A stretch of 57,054 nucleotides of DNA from an uncultured Flavobacteriaceae bacterium (GCA_937930675.1 CALHCC010000042.1:1-57054), one strand, 5' to 3'. Shown: positions 36,809 through 48,015, counted from the first letter of the stretch. The notes: generated by a model from the letters alone, not told the origin. Translations and numbers: made by a program.

Positions 36809-38218
36809 TTAATTATTAATCCTACGATATTCAGCTAATAATTCATCCAGAGCAGTTTGTTCTTCATTGGTTAAGTTACCATCGTTTAAATTAACAGTTT
36901 CTTCGTAATCGTTGATAACGTTGTATAAATAATTGGTTTGGGTACTGCTATCTTGAATTAATTTGTAGGTGTTTCCTCTAACTGCAAACCCACCAAAAGC
37001 AGGTCCATTGGAGTCACTTTCTACAAAAGAAAATTTACGAGTGTGTTCTTGTTCCTGAGTTAATAATGGTTTAAAAGAGATACTTTCAGTCAAATTGGTA
37101 GTTACACCACATAAATCTGCAATGGTCGCAAATAAATCCGTTGATTGAATTAAAGATTCATCACGTTCATTAATTCTACTCACATTTGCTCCAGCAACAA
37201 TTAAAGGTACGTTAACACCTCCATTAAATAAAGAGCCTTTGGCTTTGTTATTGCTGAATGGTGCTTGTACTACTTGGGTAGGAGTACCGTTGTCCCCTAT
37301 AAATATAATGGTTGTATTGGCTAATTCTTCTTCCGGAATGTTAGCTAGCAATCGTCCCATTTCGCTATCCATAGCCTCTAACATCTGTAAATACATATCT
37401 AAAGTATTTGAACCTTGATGGGTGTAAAGAGTATTATCTTTTGGAGTGTGAAAATCGGAGTGTGCTGCATTGTAAGCTAACCAACAAAACCAAGGTTTGT
37501 CTTGTGCGTTAATCCAATCAATAGCAAAATCGGTATACGCAGTTGTTCCATAATAGTTGACAATGTCTGTAGTATTCCCATCTTCGTGTAAAGTCCAATT
37601 GTAATAATCAGATAGACCACCTCCTGTATTTCCTTCATAATGACCAATTCCTAAATTTTCTATATTTCTTGAATTTCTAGCCAAATGCCATTTACCAATG
37701 ACAGAAGTCGCGTAGGTATTGCTTACTTGAGATTGTAGGGTCGTTTCGTTATTGCTAATAGCATCTCCGGGGGCTGATAAACCTGTTTCTCTTCCGTGTT
37801 TTCCTGTAATAATAGTACCACGTGTAGGTGTACACAATGGGTATGCCCAAGCGTTGTTAAAACGTACACCATTTTGTACCAAACGATCTAAATTGGGCAT
37901 GGTAGGTTTTATCGAATTTAATTGAGTGGCATAAGGTGTGGCATCCATCCCCATATCATCTGCAATAATTAATAGAATGTTAGGACTTTTAACATTTTGA
38001 TTATAACTAAATACTACTTCATCATCATTTTCATCCTTATTACTTTCTTCTTCCATATCGATGGTATCATCAGTAGCATCAATAACCATATCTTCTGTAG
38101 GATTACTAGAACAAGCAGTAGTTATAAATAATAAATAAGTAATGATAATAAAAACTAGATAAAAGGAAAGGTTCCATTTTGTAGCTTGGTGTTTTTCTTT
38201 TTGTAACATAATCATCAT
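36809..38218 (-). CDS. Formylglycine-dependent (S1) sulfatase, probable lipoprotein
   Basis: PNILLIIADD, CTPTRGTIITG, GKWHL and GDNG motifs, TTAC lipobox and acidic linker. Exact start uncertain. Confidence 0.92.
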   Translation of the reverse strand: MMIMLQKEKHQATKWNLSFYLVFIIITYLLFITTACSSNPTEDMVIDATDDTIDMEEESNKDENDDEVVFSYNQNVKSPNILLIIADDMGMDATPYATQLNSIKPTMPNLDRLVQNGVRFNNAWAYPLCTPTRGTIITGKHGRETGLSAPGDAISNNETTLQSQVSNTYATSVIGKWHLARNSRNIENLGIGHYEGNTGGGLSDYYNWTLHEDGNTTDIVNYYGTTAYTDFAIDWINAQDKPWFCWLAYNAAHSDFHTPKDNTLYTHQGSNTLDMYLQMLEAMDSEMGRLLANIPEEELANTTIIFIGDNGTPTQVVQAPFSNNKAKGSLFNGGVNVPLIVAGANVSRINERDESLIQSTDLFATIADLCGVTTNLTESISFKPLLTQEQEHTRKFSFVESDSNGPAFGGFAVRGNTYKLIQDSSTQTNYLYNVINDYEETVNLNDGNLTNEEQTALDELLAEYRRINN

Positions 38219-38320
38219 CTCTTAGGTTTTTAATAAAACAATCTATTCTTTTTTTACCCTACCTTGTAATTTAAGAAATATTGTATAAAATAAAACTTTT
38301 TAGAGACTCATGCTTTATAG

Positions 38321-38337
38321 GATAAGAAATATTTATC
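38321..38337. promoter_or_regulatory. Candidate LysR/OxyR-type operator upstream of katG
   Basis: GATAA-N7-TTATC palindrome ~50 nt upstream of the TAATTTTG element at 38390-38397. Confidence 0.4.
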
Positions 38338-38426
38338 GTCCAGTAAATTTATAATATGTAAAAACAATTGTTTTAAGAATAACAATAATTAATTTTGATA
38401 CCATCAACACATAATAACAGTAAATC

Positions 38427-40637
38427 ATGGAAAACAACGAAAAAGAAGGATTAGGAAAATGTCCTTTTGGACATGGAAGTGCTACAAGTACAAAAACAGC
38501 AAGTAAAGGAACCAGTAATAAGGATTGGTGGCCTAATCAATTAAATTTAAACATATTAAGACAACAAGCTTTAAAATCAGATCCTATGGGAGTCGATTTT
38601 AAGTATGATGAAGCGTTTAAAAGTTTAAATTACAAAGCTTTAAAACAAGATTTAGTTGCGTTAATGACGGATTCCCAAGATTGGTGGCCAGCAGATTACG
38701 GACATTACGGACCTTTGTTTATACGTATGGCATGGCACAGTGCAGGAACTTATAGATTGCAAGATGGGAGAGGAGGAGCTTCTTCAGGATCTCAACGTTT
38801 TGCTCCTTTAAATAGTTGGCCAGACAATGGAAATTTAGACAAGGCCAGATTGTTATTATGGCCTATCAAACAAAAATATGGAAACAAAATTTCTTGGGCA
38901 GATTTAATGATATTGGCAGGGAATTGTGCGTTAGAATCTATGGGATTTAAAACCATAGGTTTTGCAGGAGGAAGAGTAGATACTTGGGAACCAGAACAAG
39001 ATATTTATTGGGGAGAAGAAACAGAATGGTTGGCAGAAGATAAACGTTATTCAGGTGAAAGAGAATTAGAACAACCTCTAGGGGCAAGTAATATGGGATT
39101 GATTTATGTAAATCCAGAAGGGCCAAGTGGGAATCCAAATCCTAAAGCATCTGCTTTTGATATTAGAGATACTTTTGGACGTATGGCTATGAATGATGAA
39201 GAAACGGTAGCATTGGTTGCTGGTGGACATACGTTTGGAAAAGCACATGGAGCTGCAGATCCGGAAGAATATGTAGGAGCAGAGCCTGCAGGGGCTGCTA
39301 TTGAAGAAATGAGTACAGGTTGGAAAAATAATTTTAAAACAGGAGTAGGAAATGATACGATTACGAGTGGTATTGAAGGAGCATGGACTCCAAATCCTAC
39401 GACTTGGGATCATGATTATTTTAAGGTTTTATTAGATTACGACTGGGAATTAACTAAAAGTCCTGCAGGAGCACACCAATGGAAGCCTACAGCGGCTTCT
39501 AAAGCACAAAAGGCTCCTAAAGCTGGAAATGCAAGTGAAACGCAAGATTTAATGATGACCACTGCAGATTTAGCCTTAAAAGAAGATGAGGCTTATTTAA
39601 AAATTTCTAAGAAATTTAGAGACAATCCTAAAGCTTTTGAAGAAGCATTTGCTAGTGCTTGGTTTAAATTAACACATAGAGATATGGGACCTTTAGAGAG
39701 GTACTTGGGAGAAGAAGTACCTAAAGAAGTATTTGTTTGGCAAGATCCGCTTCCAAAAGCTACTTATAATATTATTGATACTCAAGATATAGAAGAATTA
39801 AAATCTAAAATATCAGCTTCTCATTTAACCGTATCTCAATTAGTAGGAACGGCTTGGGCATCTGCATCTACTTATAGAGGTTCTGACATGCGTGGTGGAG
39901 CCAATGGAGCTCGTATAAGATTTGCTCCTCAAAAAGACTGGGAAGTTAATCAGTCAGAACAATTGAGTGAAGTACTAGAAGTTTATCAACAAATAAAAGA
40001 AGCGTTTGATAAAAAACAAGCTGACAAACAAGTTTCTATAGCCGATTTAATTGTATTGGGAGGAACTGTAGGAATAGAAAAAGCGTTAGATAACAAGTAC
40101 ACAGTGCCTTTTTACGCAGGAAGAACAGATGCTTTGTTAGAAGAAACGGACGTAGCTTCTTTTAGTGTATTAGAACCTGTAGCCGATGGGTTTAGAAATT
40201 ATGTAAAAACAGGAATTACAGTACCTGTAGAAGAATTGTTAATAGATAAAGCTCAATTACTAACACTATCGATACCAGAATTAACCGTATTGATGGGAGG
40301 TTTAAAAAGCATCAACATTAATTACAATCGTGAAAAAGCAGGGAATTTAACAGCGACTCCAGAAAAATTAACCAACGATTATTTTGTTAATTTATTAGAT
40401 TTAGGAACGGTTTGGAAAGATATCTCTGGAACAGGAACTTTGTTTGAAGGTGTTGATAGAAAAACTGGAAATGTAAAATGGACAGGAACTAGAGCAGATT
40501 TAATTTTTGGATCGAATTCCGAATTAAGAGCCGTTGCCGAAGTGTATGCAATTCAAGACAATAAAGAAAAATTTGCAAATGATTTTATTGCTGCCTGGGC
40601 AAAAGTGATGAATTTAGATAGATTTGATTTGAAATAA
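38427..40637 (+). CDS. katG: Catalase-peroxidase
   Basis: [34 protein letters not shown] and DRFDL motifs. Confidence 0.98.
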   Translation: MENNEKEGLGKCPFGHGSATSTKTASKGTSNKDWWPNQLNLNILRQQALKSDPMGVDFKYDEAFKSLNYKALKQDLVALMTDSQDWWPADYGHYGPLFIRMAWHSAGTYRLQDGRGGASSGSQRFAPLNSWPDNGNLDKARLLLWPIKQKYGNKISWADLMILAGNCALESMGFKTIGFAGGRVDTWEPEQDIYWGEETEWLAEDKRYSGERELEQPLGASNMGLIYVNPEGPSGNPNPKASAFDIRDTFGRMAMNDEETVALVAGGHTFGKAHGAADPEEYVGAEPAGAAIEEMSTGWKNNFKTGVGNDTITSGIEGAWTPNPTTWDHDYFKVLLDYDWELTKSPAGAHQWKPTAASKAQKAPKAGNASETQDLMMTTADLALKEDEAYLKISKKFRDNPKAFEEAFASAWFKLTHRDMGPLERYLGEEVPKEVFVWQDPLPKATYNIIDTQDIEELKSKISASHLTVSQLVGTAWASASTYRGSDMRGGANGARIRFAPQKDWEVNQSEQLSEVLEVYQQIKEAFDKKQADKQVSIADLIVLGGTVGIEKALDNKYTVPFYAGRTDALLEETDVASFSVLEPVADGFRNYVKTGITVPVEELLIDKAQLLTLSIPELTVLMGGLKSININYNREKAGNLTATPEKLTNDYFVNLLDLGTVWKDISGTGTLFEGVDRKTGNVKWTGTRADLIFGSNSELRAVAEVYAIQDNKEKFANDFIAAWAKVMNLDRFDLK

Positions 40638-40657
40638 TAGCGTTAAACTTTTAAAGT

Positions 40658-40693
40658 AAAAAGCCATTTGGAAAAATCCAAATGGCTTTTTTT
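40658..40693 (+). terminator. Intrinsic terminator after katG
   Basis: aaaaagccatttgga / tccaaatggcttttt followed by a T-run. Confidence 0.85.
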
Positions 40694-40744
40694 ATTCTCA
40701 ATTCACAACTTTTATCCCATCACATTTCTTTATTTTTGAAGCTT

Positions 40745-43651
40745 ATGGTACATCAATTACAAGTTTTAGCTACGCAATTACAAGGAGAATTGGCATATGA
40801 TGATTTACACAAAGCAATTTATGCTACAGATGCTTCTGTATATAGAAAAATTCCGTTAGGAGTTGCATACCCTAAAACACATCAAGATATTAAAAAGCTT
40901 ATACGATTTGCAAAAGAAAATAAAATTACTTTAGTCCCTAGAACTGCCGGGACATCTTTAGCAGGGCAATGCGTGGGAGATGGATTAATTGTAGATGTAT
41001 CTAAATATTTTACAAAAATAGTAGACTACGATAAAGTGTTAAAACAAATTACGGTTCAGCCAGGAGTGATTCGTGACGATTTGAACAGATGTGTACAACA
41101 TGACCACGTATTTTTTGGACCCAATACTTCTACAGCTAATAGATGTATGTTGGGAGGTATGGTAGGAAATAATAGCTCAGGTACTACTTCTATCCGTTAT
41201 GGAGTAACTAGAGACAAAGTAGTTGCCTTAAAAGCTATTTTAAGTGATGAAAGTGAAGTGGTTTTTACTACAGTGGATGTGGCTACGTTTTTAGAAAAGA
41301 CCCAATTACCTACTTTAGAAGGTAAAGTTTATAAAGAACTGTTAGCTACTTTTTCTCAAGAAGCTGTTCAACAAGAAATTAAAAAAGAATATCCCAAACC
41401 CGAAATCCATAGAAGGAACACAGGATATGCGATAGACGATTTGCTTACATTTGAATTGTTTGGAGGCAATTGTAAAACCGTTAATTTGGCTAGAATACTG
41501 TGTGGAAGCGAGGGAACGTTGGCTTTTACCACAGAACTTACTTTGCAGTTAGATGCAGTACCACCCAAATACAACGTTATGGTAGCATCTCACTTTTATT
41601 CTATTCAAGAATGTATGGAATCTGTAGTAGTAGCCATGCAACATCAATTATATAACTGTGAATTGATGGATAAAATTATATTAGATTGTACAAAATCTAT
41701 TCGTTCTCAACAAGAAAACAGAAGCTTTTTACAAGGAGATCCTGCTGCTGTTTTAATGTTAGAAGTGGCTGCAAATACTATGGAACAAGCAGAAAAACAA
41801 GCAAATGATTTAATACAAGATTTAAACGTACATAAATTTGGGTATGCGCATCCTAAAATTATAGGAAACAAAATAAACGGTATTCATGAACTTAGAAAAG
41901 CAGGTTTAGGAGCTTTAGGAAATTTAATAGGGGATAAAAAAGCAGTAGCGTGTATAGAAGATACGGCGGTAAGTCTAGAAGATTTACCCAATTTTATTTC
42001 GGAATTCACTGCCATGATGAAAAGCTATCATCAAGAAGCGGTGTATTATGCACACGCTGGAGCAGGAGAAATTCACTTAAGACCCATTTTAAATTTAAAA
42101 GTCAAAGAAGATGTGGTGTTGTTTAGAGAAATTACTACACAAGTTGCTCATTTGGTTAAAAAATACAAAGGATCTTTAAGCGGAGAACATGGAGATGGAA
42201 TTGTAAGAGCAGAGTTTATACCTATGATGATTGGAGAAAAGAATTATCAAATTTTAAAAAACGTAAAAGAAGTATTCGATCCTGAATATATTTTTAACAA
42301 AGGAAAAATCATTCATCCATTTAAAATGGATGAAGCTTTACGATATCAAGTTGATAAGAAAGATTCAGAAATTAAAACATTGATGGATTTTTCTAATAAT
42401 GAAGGAATTTTAAAACTAACAGAACAATGTAATGGTTCTGGTGATTGTAGAAAATCTGTAGCAGCAGGTGGAACCATGTGTCCTAGTTATAGAGCTACTA
42501 AAAATGAAAAAGATACAACAAGAGCCAGAGCCAATGCGTTAAGAGAGGTTTTAACGAACAATTCGTCTAAAAACAAATTTAACAGTGCTATGTTAAAAGA
42601 TGTTTTTGATTTGTGTATTGGTTGCAAGGCATGTGCCAGCGAATGTCCTAGTAATGTAGATGTATCTAATTTAAAAGCAGAGTTTTTATATCAATATCAA
42701 GAATCGAATGGTTATTCTTTTAGAAATAAACTCTTTGCAGGTGTTACCAATATTAATAAAAAAGTTGCGGTTTTAGCAGGTTTGGTCAATAGGCTAAATA
42801 ATACCACGCTTGTTAAAAAAATAACAGGAATTAGTTTGCAACGCACGTTACCTAAGCTTCAAAAAAATACATTAGAACAGTGGATAAAAGATGGTAAAGA
42901 GCAGTTAATCGTAAAAAATCCAAAGAAAAGTATTTATTTTTTTAACGATGAATTTACCAATTTTTATGATGTACAAATAGGAATAGATGCTATTGAGTTA
43001 TTAACAAGTTTGGGGTATCAATGTTTGTTTGTTGCACACGAACAAAGTGGGAGGTCTTATATTTCTAAAGGATTTTTAAAAGAAGCTCAACAAATAGCAG
43101 ATATAAATATTCAAGTTTTTAAGAATTTGGTGACAAGTGAAATCCCTTTGTTGGGAATTGAACCCTCGGCAATATTAACCTTTAGAGATGAGTACCCTAA
43201 AATAGCAAGAGATAAAAAAGCAGCTTTAACACTGGTAAAAAATACATTTACTATAGAAGAGTTTATCGCCAAGGAAATTGAATCAGGAAATATAAACCCT
43301 TCGTTATTTACAAAAGATGTTAAAGAGGTTAAAATACATGTACACTGTCATCAAAAAGCTTTAAGTAATAGTAAGTATACTTTTGATATGTTAAATATAG
43401 TATCGAATTATAATGTAACTATTTTAAATACAGGGTGTTGTGGTATGGCAGGTTCTTTTGGGTACGAACAAGAACATTACGAGGTAAGTATGCAAATGGG
43501 GGAGGATACTTTGTTTCCTAAATTACGAAAAATAGAAAATGGTACTGTTATTGTAGCTTCAGGCACTAGTTGTAGGCATCAAATTAAAGATGGGAGTCAA
43601 AAACAAAGTTTTCATGCAGTAAGTGTGTTAAGAAAAGCGATGTTACCTTAA
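40745..43651 (+). CDS. FAD-binding and Fe-S-binding oxidoreductase (YdiJ/D-2-hydroxyacid dehydrogenase-like)
   Basis: GTSLAGQ, GSEGTL, SGEHGDG, CNGSGDC, CIGCKACASECP and CCGMAGSFG motifs. Start set at ATG 40745. Confidence 0.92.
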   Translation: MVHQLQVLATQLQGELAYDDLHKAIYATDASVYRKIPLGVAYPKTHQDIKKLIRFAKENKITLVPRTAGTSLAGQCVGDGLIVDVSKYFTKIVDYDKVLKQITVQPGVIRDDLNRCVQHDHVFFGPNTSTANRCMLGGMVGNNSSGTTSIRYGVTRDKVVALKAILSDESEVVFTTVDVATFLEKTQLPTLEGKVYKELLATFSQEAVQQEIKKEYPKPEIHRRNTGYAIDDLLTFELFGGNCKTVNLARILCGSEGTLAFTTELTLQLDAVPPKYNVMVASHFYSIQECMESVVVAMQHQLYNCELMDKIILDCTKSIRSQQENRSFLQGDPAAVLMLEVAANTMEQAEKQANDLIQDLNVHKFGYAHPKIIGNKINGIHELRKAGLGALGNLIGDKKAVACIEDTAVSLEDLPNFISEFTAMMKSYHQEAVYYAHAGAGEIHLRPILNLKVKEDVVLFREITTQVAHLVKKYKGSLSGEHGDGIVRAEFIPMMIGEKNYQILKNVKEVFDPEYIFNKGKIIHPFKMDEALRYQVDKKDSEIKTLMDFSNNEGILKLTEQCNGSGDCRKSVAAGGTMCPSYRATKNEKDTTRARANALREVLTNNSSKNKFNSAMLKDVFDLCIGCKACASECPSNVDVSNLKAEFLYQYQESNGYSFRNKLFAGVTNINKKVAVLAGLVNRLNNTTLVKKITGISLQRTLPKLQKNTLEQWIKDGKEQLIVKNPKKSIYFFNDEFTNFYDVQIGIDAIELLTSLGYQCLFVAHEQSGRSYISKGFLKEAQQIADINIQVFKNLVTSEIPLLGIEPSAILTFRDEYPKIARDKKAALTLVKNTFTIEEFIAKEIESGNINPSLFTKDVKEVKIHVHCHQKALSNSKYTFDMLNIVSNYNVTILNTGCCGMAGSFGYEQEHYEVSMQMGEDTLFPKLRKIENGTVIVASGTSCRHQIKDGSQKQSFHAVSVLRKAMLP

Positions 43652-43761
43652 CAAAATATTTTTTTATAAAAATGATAACTGTTAAAGAATCTTAAGTCTT
43701 TTTGTTGTATGTACAATAAAAAATAAAATATATTTGCTTCCCAAAACCAAAACAAACCAAA

Positions 43762-46272
43762 ATGATAGTAAAAATACTAAAGAGCGTTGTTTTATATTTG
43801 GCTCTAAGTTTAGCGATTACGGCTCAATCACAATCGTTAAGAGACCAAGTAGAAACTAAAATTACTCAGCTAGAAAAAGCCATAAAAAAAGCAGAACGAA
43901 AAAAATTAAACGTAGAGAAAGAAAAAATGACTTTGCAAACAGCAAAGGTGTTTTTAAGATATTCAGACTGGGATGAAGCAAATGTAGATCAGAATAAAAA
44001 ACAATTTCGTTTAATTGCTACATATAGGAGAAACAAGGTAGATAAACAAGGTAGAAATATAGACGACGTTGTAAATTACTTACCTACGTTTAATAGAGAA
44101 CAAACAATAGGAATTTTAGACAAAGCTTTAGCGAATATCAAAGCATTAAAAAATAAGACTTTAAAAAGACCTGCTTACAGAACGGTTGATTTTACAAAGT
44201 TAAAAATTAAGAATGTAGATGGTGCTGATATGGTGGTAGAAAAAGTAAAAGGAAAAGAGATTCCTACATTTTTTCACGCTTATACTTTTAAGCCAGAATT
44301 TGTATTGTCAGATATTTATGATGAAGATTCAGCACCCATAGATCTAAAAAAGTACCATGGACACTCTCCAGATTTGTATTTAACAAACGGATATATTAAA
44401 GAAGATGGAAGTTTAAAAGGAGGATTTAAATGGGGATTAAAATCTAAAATTGAAGAAACCAATAGAATTAGTAAAGTGTTTTTAGATCATAGACAAGTTC
44501 CTAATCATATTAAAAGACAAAATTTAGATAAAAAAAATGATACCAAATCTGTATATGCAGGAGGTAGATTGTTTGTGAGTTATGATATTGATAACCCAGA
44601 TATACAAAGTTCTTTAGAGACTATTTTAAATACAGCTATTCCAGAATATAATAAAGTTGCTACAAGTAAATTAGGATATTTATTAGCAAATGAACCTCAT
44701 TTTGCAACCATTGAAAAAGAGTATTTTACTCCTAATACTACAGGAAATCAACAAAAAAAATGTGATAAAAGTCCTACTTGTAATAACAATTTAATTTCTT
44801 ATTACACGATTAAGAAATTTGAAGCTTATTTAAAAGATTTGTACGGAGATAGTAGTGTTGGATTGTTAAAATTAAATAAAAACTGGTTTGGAAATAATAC
44901 CGCAAATTATTTAACGAGTTATGCAGCTATTTCTGGAACTTACGAAGCTAACAAAGTAGCAAATTATGCTATAGATTTTCCTATTAAAAATAGCGAAGTA
45001 GGTACACCTAAAGCGTACGATTGGTTTACGTTTAACAATCAAAGAGTAACCCATTGGTTTCAATCTTTGCATGATATTATTAAAAAACACGATGCTAAAG
45101 CGAGAACACATATTAAGTTAATTCCTTTGTTTTTTAGTTCTAAAGAAACTAGAGATGCTGGTTTAGATTTTGAAGCGTTGCAAGAAATTCAAGAAATGAT
45201 TGGAAATGATGCAGATACCAATCAAGAATTAATGAACGGAAAGCACGAACGTTGGAGAGATCGTTATAATTTTAATTGGGCAGAAATGGCAATGGATTTT
45301 GACTTTTTAAGTTCTGTAAAACCCAATGCTATTAATTACAATTCAGAAAATCATTACATTTCTACCAATCAATTTAGAGATTTGTACTTAACACCTACCT
45401 ATGTAAGATCTGCCTTTTGGTTGGCATACACGTTAGGAGAAGATATTAGTCAAATATGGTATTGGCCAAGAGAAACAGATGCTTCTATTAGAAAATCTAG
45501 CATAGGTAAAGACAATGGTTATGCAGCTAGTTTAATTCATCAACCTGCTATTGTAAATGAAGTAGGTAATATTTTTTACGATTTAAATGCATACGCTTCG
45601 GATATGTATAAAATTCAAAATAGTATAAAATCAATTAGAGTATTCCATTCAGAAACTACAGCTAAAAATGTAGTAGGACACATGGAACATACTTTAGATG
45701 TTTATGAAAAATTATTTTTTGATGGAATGCAAGTAGGTTTTGCAACAGAGAGAATTATTAAAAAACAAGATAATAAGAATTGGGATGTTGTTGTAGTTTA
45801 CAATACACCATTTGTAACCAATGCAGAAAAACAAGCTTTACAAACATATTTAAATCATGGAGGGACAATTATCTTAGACGATAAAAGTTTAAAAAAGAAT
45901 CAGTATGGTGTAGCTCATACGTTTCGTTTGAATACCAACGCTGGAGGTAAGATTATTAAATCATCAGATTTAGATGAAATTAGAAAGAAAGCTTTAGAAA
46001 CTGTAAAAAATAACAATCACCTTCCAAAGGTAGTTGTTCAAGAAGATAAAACAGTAGATACAAGAGGTTGTTTTTGGAGAACAATAGAAAAAAAACAAGG
46101 AACACATGTGGTAAGTGTTGTAAACACAGGAAAAGAAAATACAACAATTACCATTTCTTTAGACGGAAATTCCGCTGTTAAAATAAAGAATCTACTAGAT
46201 GGTACTGTTTTAAATTCTAAAATAGAATTAAAACCTAGTGAAACATTGCTTTTAAATGTTTCTAACAAATAA
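43762..46272 (+). CDS. Secreted clan GH-A glycoside hydrolase, paralogue of 33910-36243
   Basis: Signal peptide, LANEPH, THIKL, NSENH, RVFHSET and KKQD...WDVV blocks shared with the paralogue. Promoter TATATTTG at 43729-43736. Confidence 0.75.
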   Translation: MIVKILKSVVLYLALSLAITAQSQSLRDQVETKITQLEKAIKKAERKKLNVEKEKMTLQTAKVFLRYSDWDEANVDQNKKQFRLIATYRRNKVDKQGRNIDDVVNYLPTFNREQTIGILDKALANIKALKNKTLKRPAYRTVDFTKLKIKNVDGADMVVEKVKGKEIPTFFHAYTFKPEFVLSDIYDEDSAPIDLKKYHGHSPDLYLTNGYIKEDGSLKGGFKWGLKSKIEETNRISKVFLDHRQVPNHIKRQNLDKKNDTKSVYAGGRLFVSYDIDNPDIQSSLETILNTAIPEYNKVATSKLGYLLANEPHFATIEKEYFTPNTTGNQQKKCDKSPTCNNNLISYYTIKKFEAYLKDLYGDSSVGLLKLNKNWFGNNTANYLTSYAAISGTYEANKVANYAIDFPIKNSEVGTPKAYDWFTFNNQRVTHWFQSLHDIIKKHDAKARTHIKLIPLFFSSKETRDAGLDFEALQEIQEMIGNDADTNQELMNGKHERWRDRYNFNWAEMAMDFDFLSSVKPNAINYNSENHYISTNQFRDLYLTPTYVRSAFWLAYTLGEDISQIWYWPRETDASIRKSSIGKDNGYAASLIHQPAIVNEVGNIFYDLNAYASDMYKIQNSIKSIRVFHSETTAKNVVGHMEHTLDVYEKLFFDGMQVGFATERIIKKQDNKNWDVVVVYNTPFVTNAEKQALQTYLNHGGTIILDDKSLKKNQYGVAHTFRLNTNAGGKIIKSSDLDEIRKKALETVKNNNHLPKVVVQEDKTVDTRGCFWRTIEKKQGTHVVSVVNTGKENTTITISLDGNSAVKIKNLLDGTVLNSKIELKPSETLLLNVSNK

Positions 46273-46300
46273 TAGTTTTAAGCTATAACTTTTTAAATTT

Positions 46301-46334
46301 AAAAAGCTACTCTATATTTTAGAGTAGCTTTTTT
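46301..46334 (+). terminator. Intrinsic terminator
   Basis: aaaaagctactcta / tagagtagcttttt. Confidence 0.8.
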
Positions 46335-46499
46335 GTGTTGCTTGGCTAAATAACTTGCTAGAAATATAATTAATACCGTTTAAAAAACAAATTGTCGCAC
46401 TGTCTAAACCCTAAATAAATAAACGAATTTAACAAATGAACTTAAATTTATACGATAAAATAAACTTAAATCGGTGTTAGGAGGTTAAGTAAAGAAAGA

Positions 46500-46674
46500 G
46501 ATAATGATTATGCAACGGGTTTCATTCATTACCCCACTATTGCAAACGAAGTTGGTGGTATGTTTTACGATTTAAATGGATATATATGTTTATAAAATTC
46601 AAAATAACAGAAAATCGATTAGAATATTTTACTTAGAAACTACAGTAAAAAGGGTATTAAGACACATAAAAGAA
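46500..46674 (+). pseudogene. Decayed internal fragment of a GH-A paralogue
   Basis: DNDYATGFIHYPTIANEVGGMFYDLNGY, a frameshift, then YKIQNNRKSIRIFYLETTVKRVLRH. Aligns with DNGYAASLIHQPAIVNEVGNIFYDLNAY..YKIQNSIKSIRVFHSETTAKNVVGH at ~45511-45690. Confidence 0.8.
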
Positions 46675-46720
46675 TATATCTTATAAGTTTTTTAAAAAAA
46701 CATCAACAAACAAAGTAATG

Positions 46721-47092
46721 TTATAAAATTCCTATCGTAAAAAACAACCAAGCTAGTAATAAGCATAAACCACCTATAGGAGTAATAGGACCTAAAAATT
46801 TCACGGGAAGATTACGACTTTTAAAAATACAAATTCCATAAATACTTCCAGAAAATAAAACAACCCCTACAAGAGTAAATAAAATAGATAAGTTACTATA
46901 TGTATTGTTGGGGAGTACTTTAGCTATTAAAATTAAGAACAAAGCGTGGTATATTTGGTATTTTACACCAATTTCAAAACTAGATAAAACATCAGAAGAC
47001 CATTTCTTTTTTAACAAATGGCTCCCAAATGCACCTAAAACAATAGAAATAAACCCTAAAATACCACCAAAAATTAAAGCAATTTGTTGCAT
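46721..47092 (-). CDS. DUF423 membrane protein
   Basis: LGAFGSH, YQIYHA, FSGSIY and GPITPIGG motifs. Confidence 0.92.
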   Translation of the reverse strand: MQQIALIFGGILGFISIVLGAFGSHLLKKKWSSDVLSSFEIGVKYQIYHALFLILIAKVLPNNTYSNLSILFTLVGVVLFSGSIYGICIFKSRNLPVKFLGPITPIGGLCLLLAWLFFTIGIL

Positions 47093-47667
47093 TAGTCTTC
47101 TAGTATTTCGTCCTCTTCATCATTTAACTCTTCCTCAATATTCTCGTCGTGTATAGCAGGTGTTACTTCTTCTTCAACACTAGCATCCTCTTCCGTATAA
47201 CTATTTTCACTTGTGGCATGTATGGCCGTAGGTTGTTCCTCTTCACCATCAAAATAAGGAAAAATATCAATAATAGGACTTTCCTGTATACTAGGAATAG
47301 AAAAGTCTGAAACAGAGTCTGAAAACTGATCCAGTAAATACTCATAAGCATCCTTTACATCCAAAGCCTGCACAAGCACATACGTATTGGTTCTACGTTC
47401 TAAACCTTTATCCTCATCTAAAGTAACCAAAGATACTTTACACTTAAACCATCTATCACCATGTTCACTAGGGAATATTTCGGAAAAATTAGCCACTTTA
47501 ATATTGGTAATCTTAAACCCTTCAGAAAGGTATTTTCCCATTTCCTCATTCGCTCTAGCCTCTGCCTCTGTAAATGTTAACGCATCAAATAAATAAGGCT
47601 GATTAAAGGTTTTAATCTTTTCGTTATCGTCTATTTTACTGTATTTAACTTTTACTTCGTACCACAT
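47092..47667 (-). CDS. DUF4494-family protein with acidic tail
   Basis: WYEVKVKY, YLFDALTFTEAEAR, DRWFKCKV and LVQA motifs. Confidence 0.85.
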   Translation of the reverse strand: MWYEVKVKYSKIDDNEKIKTFNQPYLFDALTFTEAEARANEEMGKYLSEGFKITNIKVANFSEIFPSEHGDRWFKCKVSLVTLDEDKGLERRTNTYVLVQALDVKDAYEYLLDQFSDSVSDFSIPSIQESPIIDIFPYFDGEEEQPTAIHATSENSYTEEDASVEEEVTPAIHDENIEEELNDEEDEILED

Positions 47668-47758
47668 GATATTACTTTTTTAGAATTCCAAAAATAAAGA
47701 AACAAATGTAAGTATACTTAAAAAAAGAATAAGATATTATCAAACTTGTTTTTTAGTA

Positions 47759-47873
47759 GGGCGTTTCCCTTTGGGTCGGGCTTTCAGTACTCGTTTTTTT
47801 CTTTTTTAATCAATATAAGAATAGCGTATAAAAAAGAAAAAGAACTCAAACAAACCCTTCAATCCCTAACGCG
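47759..47873 (-). ncRNA. Structured intergenic RNA motif, copy 2 (resembles Flavo-1)
   Basis: Minus strand reads GCGTT-AGGGATTGAAG...AGCCCGACC..GGGAAACGCCC. A TACATTTG promoter element lies at 47882-47889 (-). Confidence 0.6.
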
Positions 47874-48015
47874 TTTCGTAGCAAATGTATTTTTTCGATA
47901 TCATAATTCATAGAAACCCCAAATAAGACAAATTCTAAAGTATAAGTTTTATGAGAACTCGTTAGCTTTGCCGTTCTCATTATTTATATTTGTCACAAAA
48001 TCAATTAAGAAAATT

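Noticed and set aside
40682-40744. ORF-track start of the FAD/Fe-S oxidoreductase
   Set aside because: ATG 40682 lies inside the katG terminator hairpin, so ATG 40745 is more plausible
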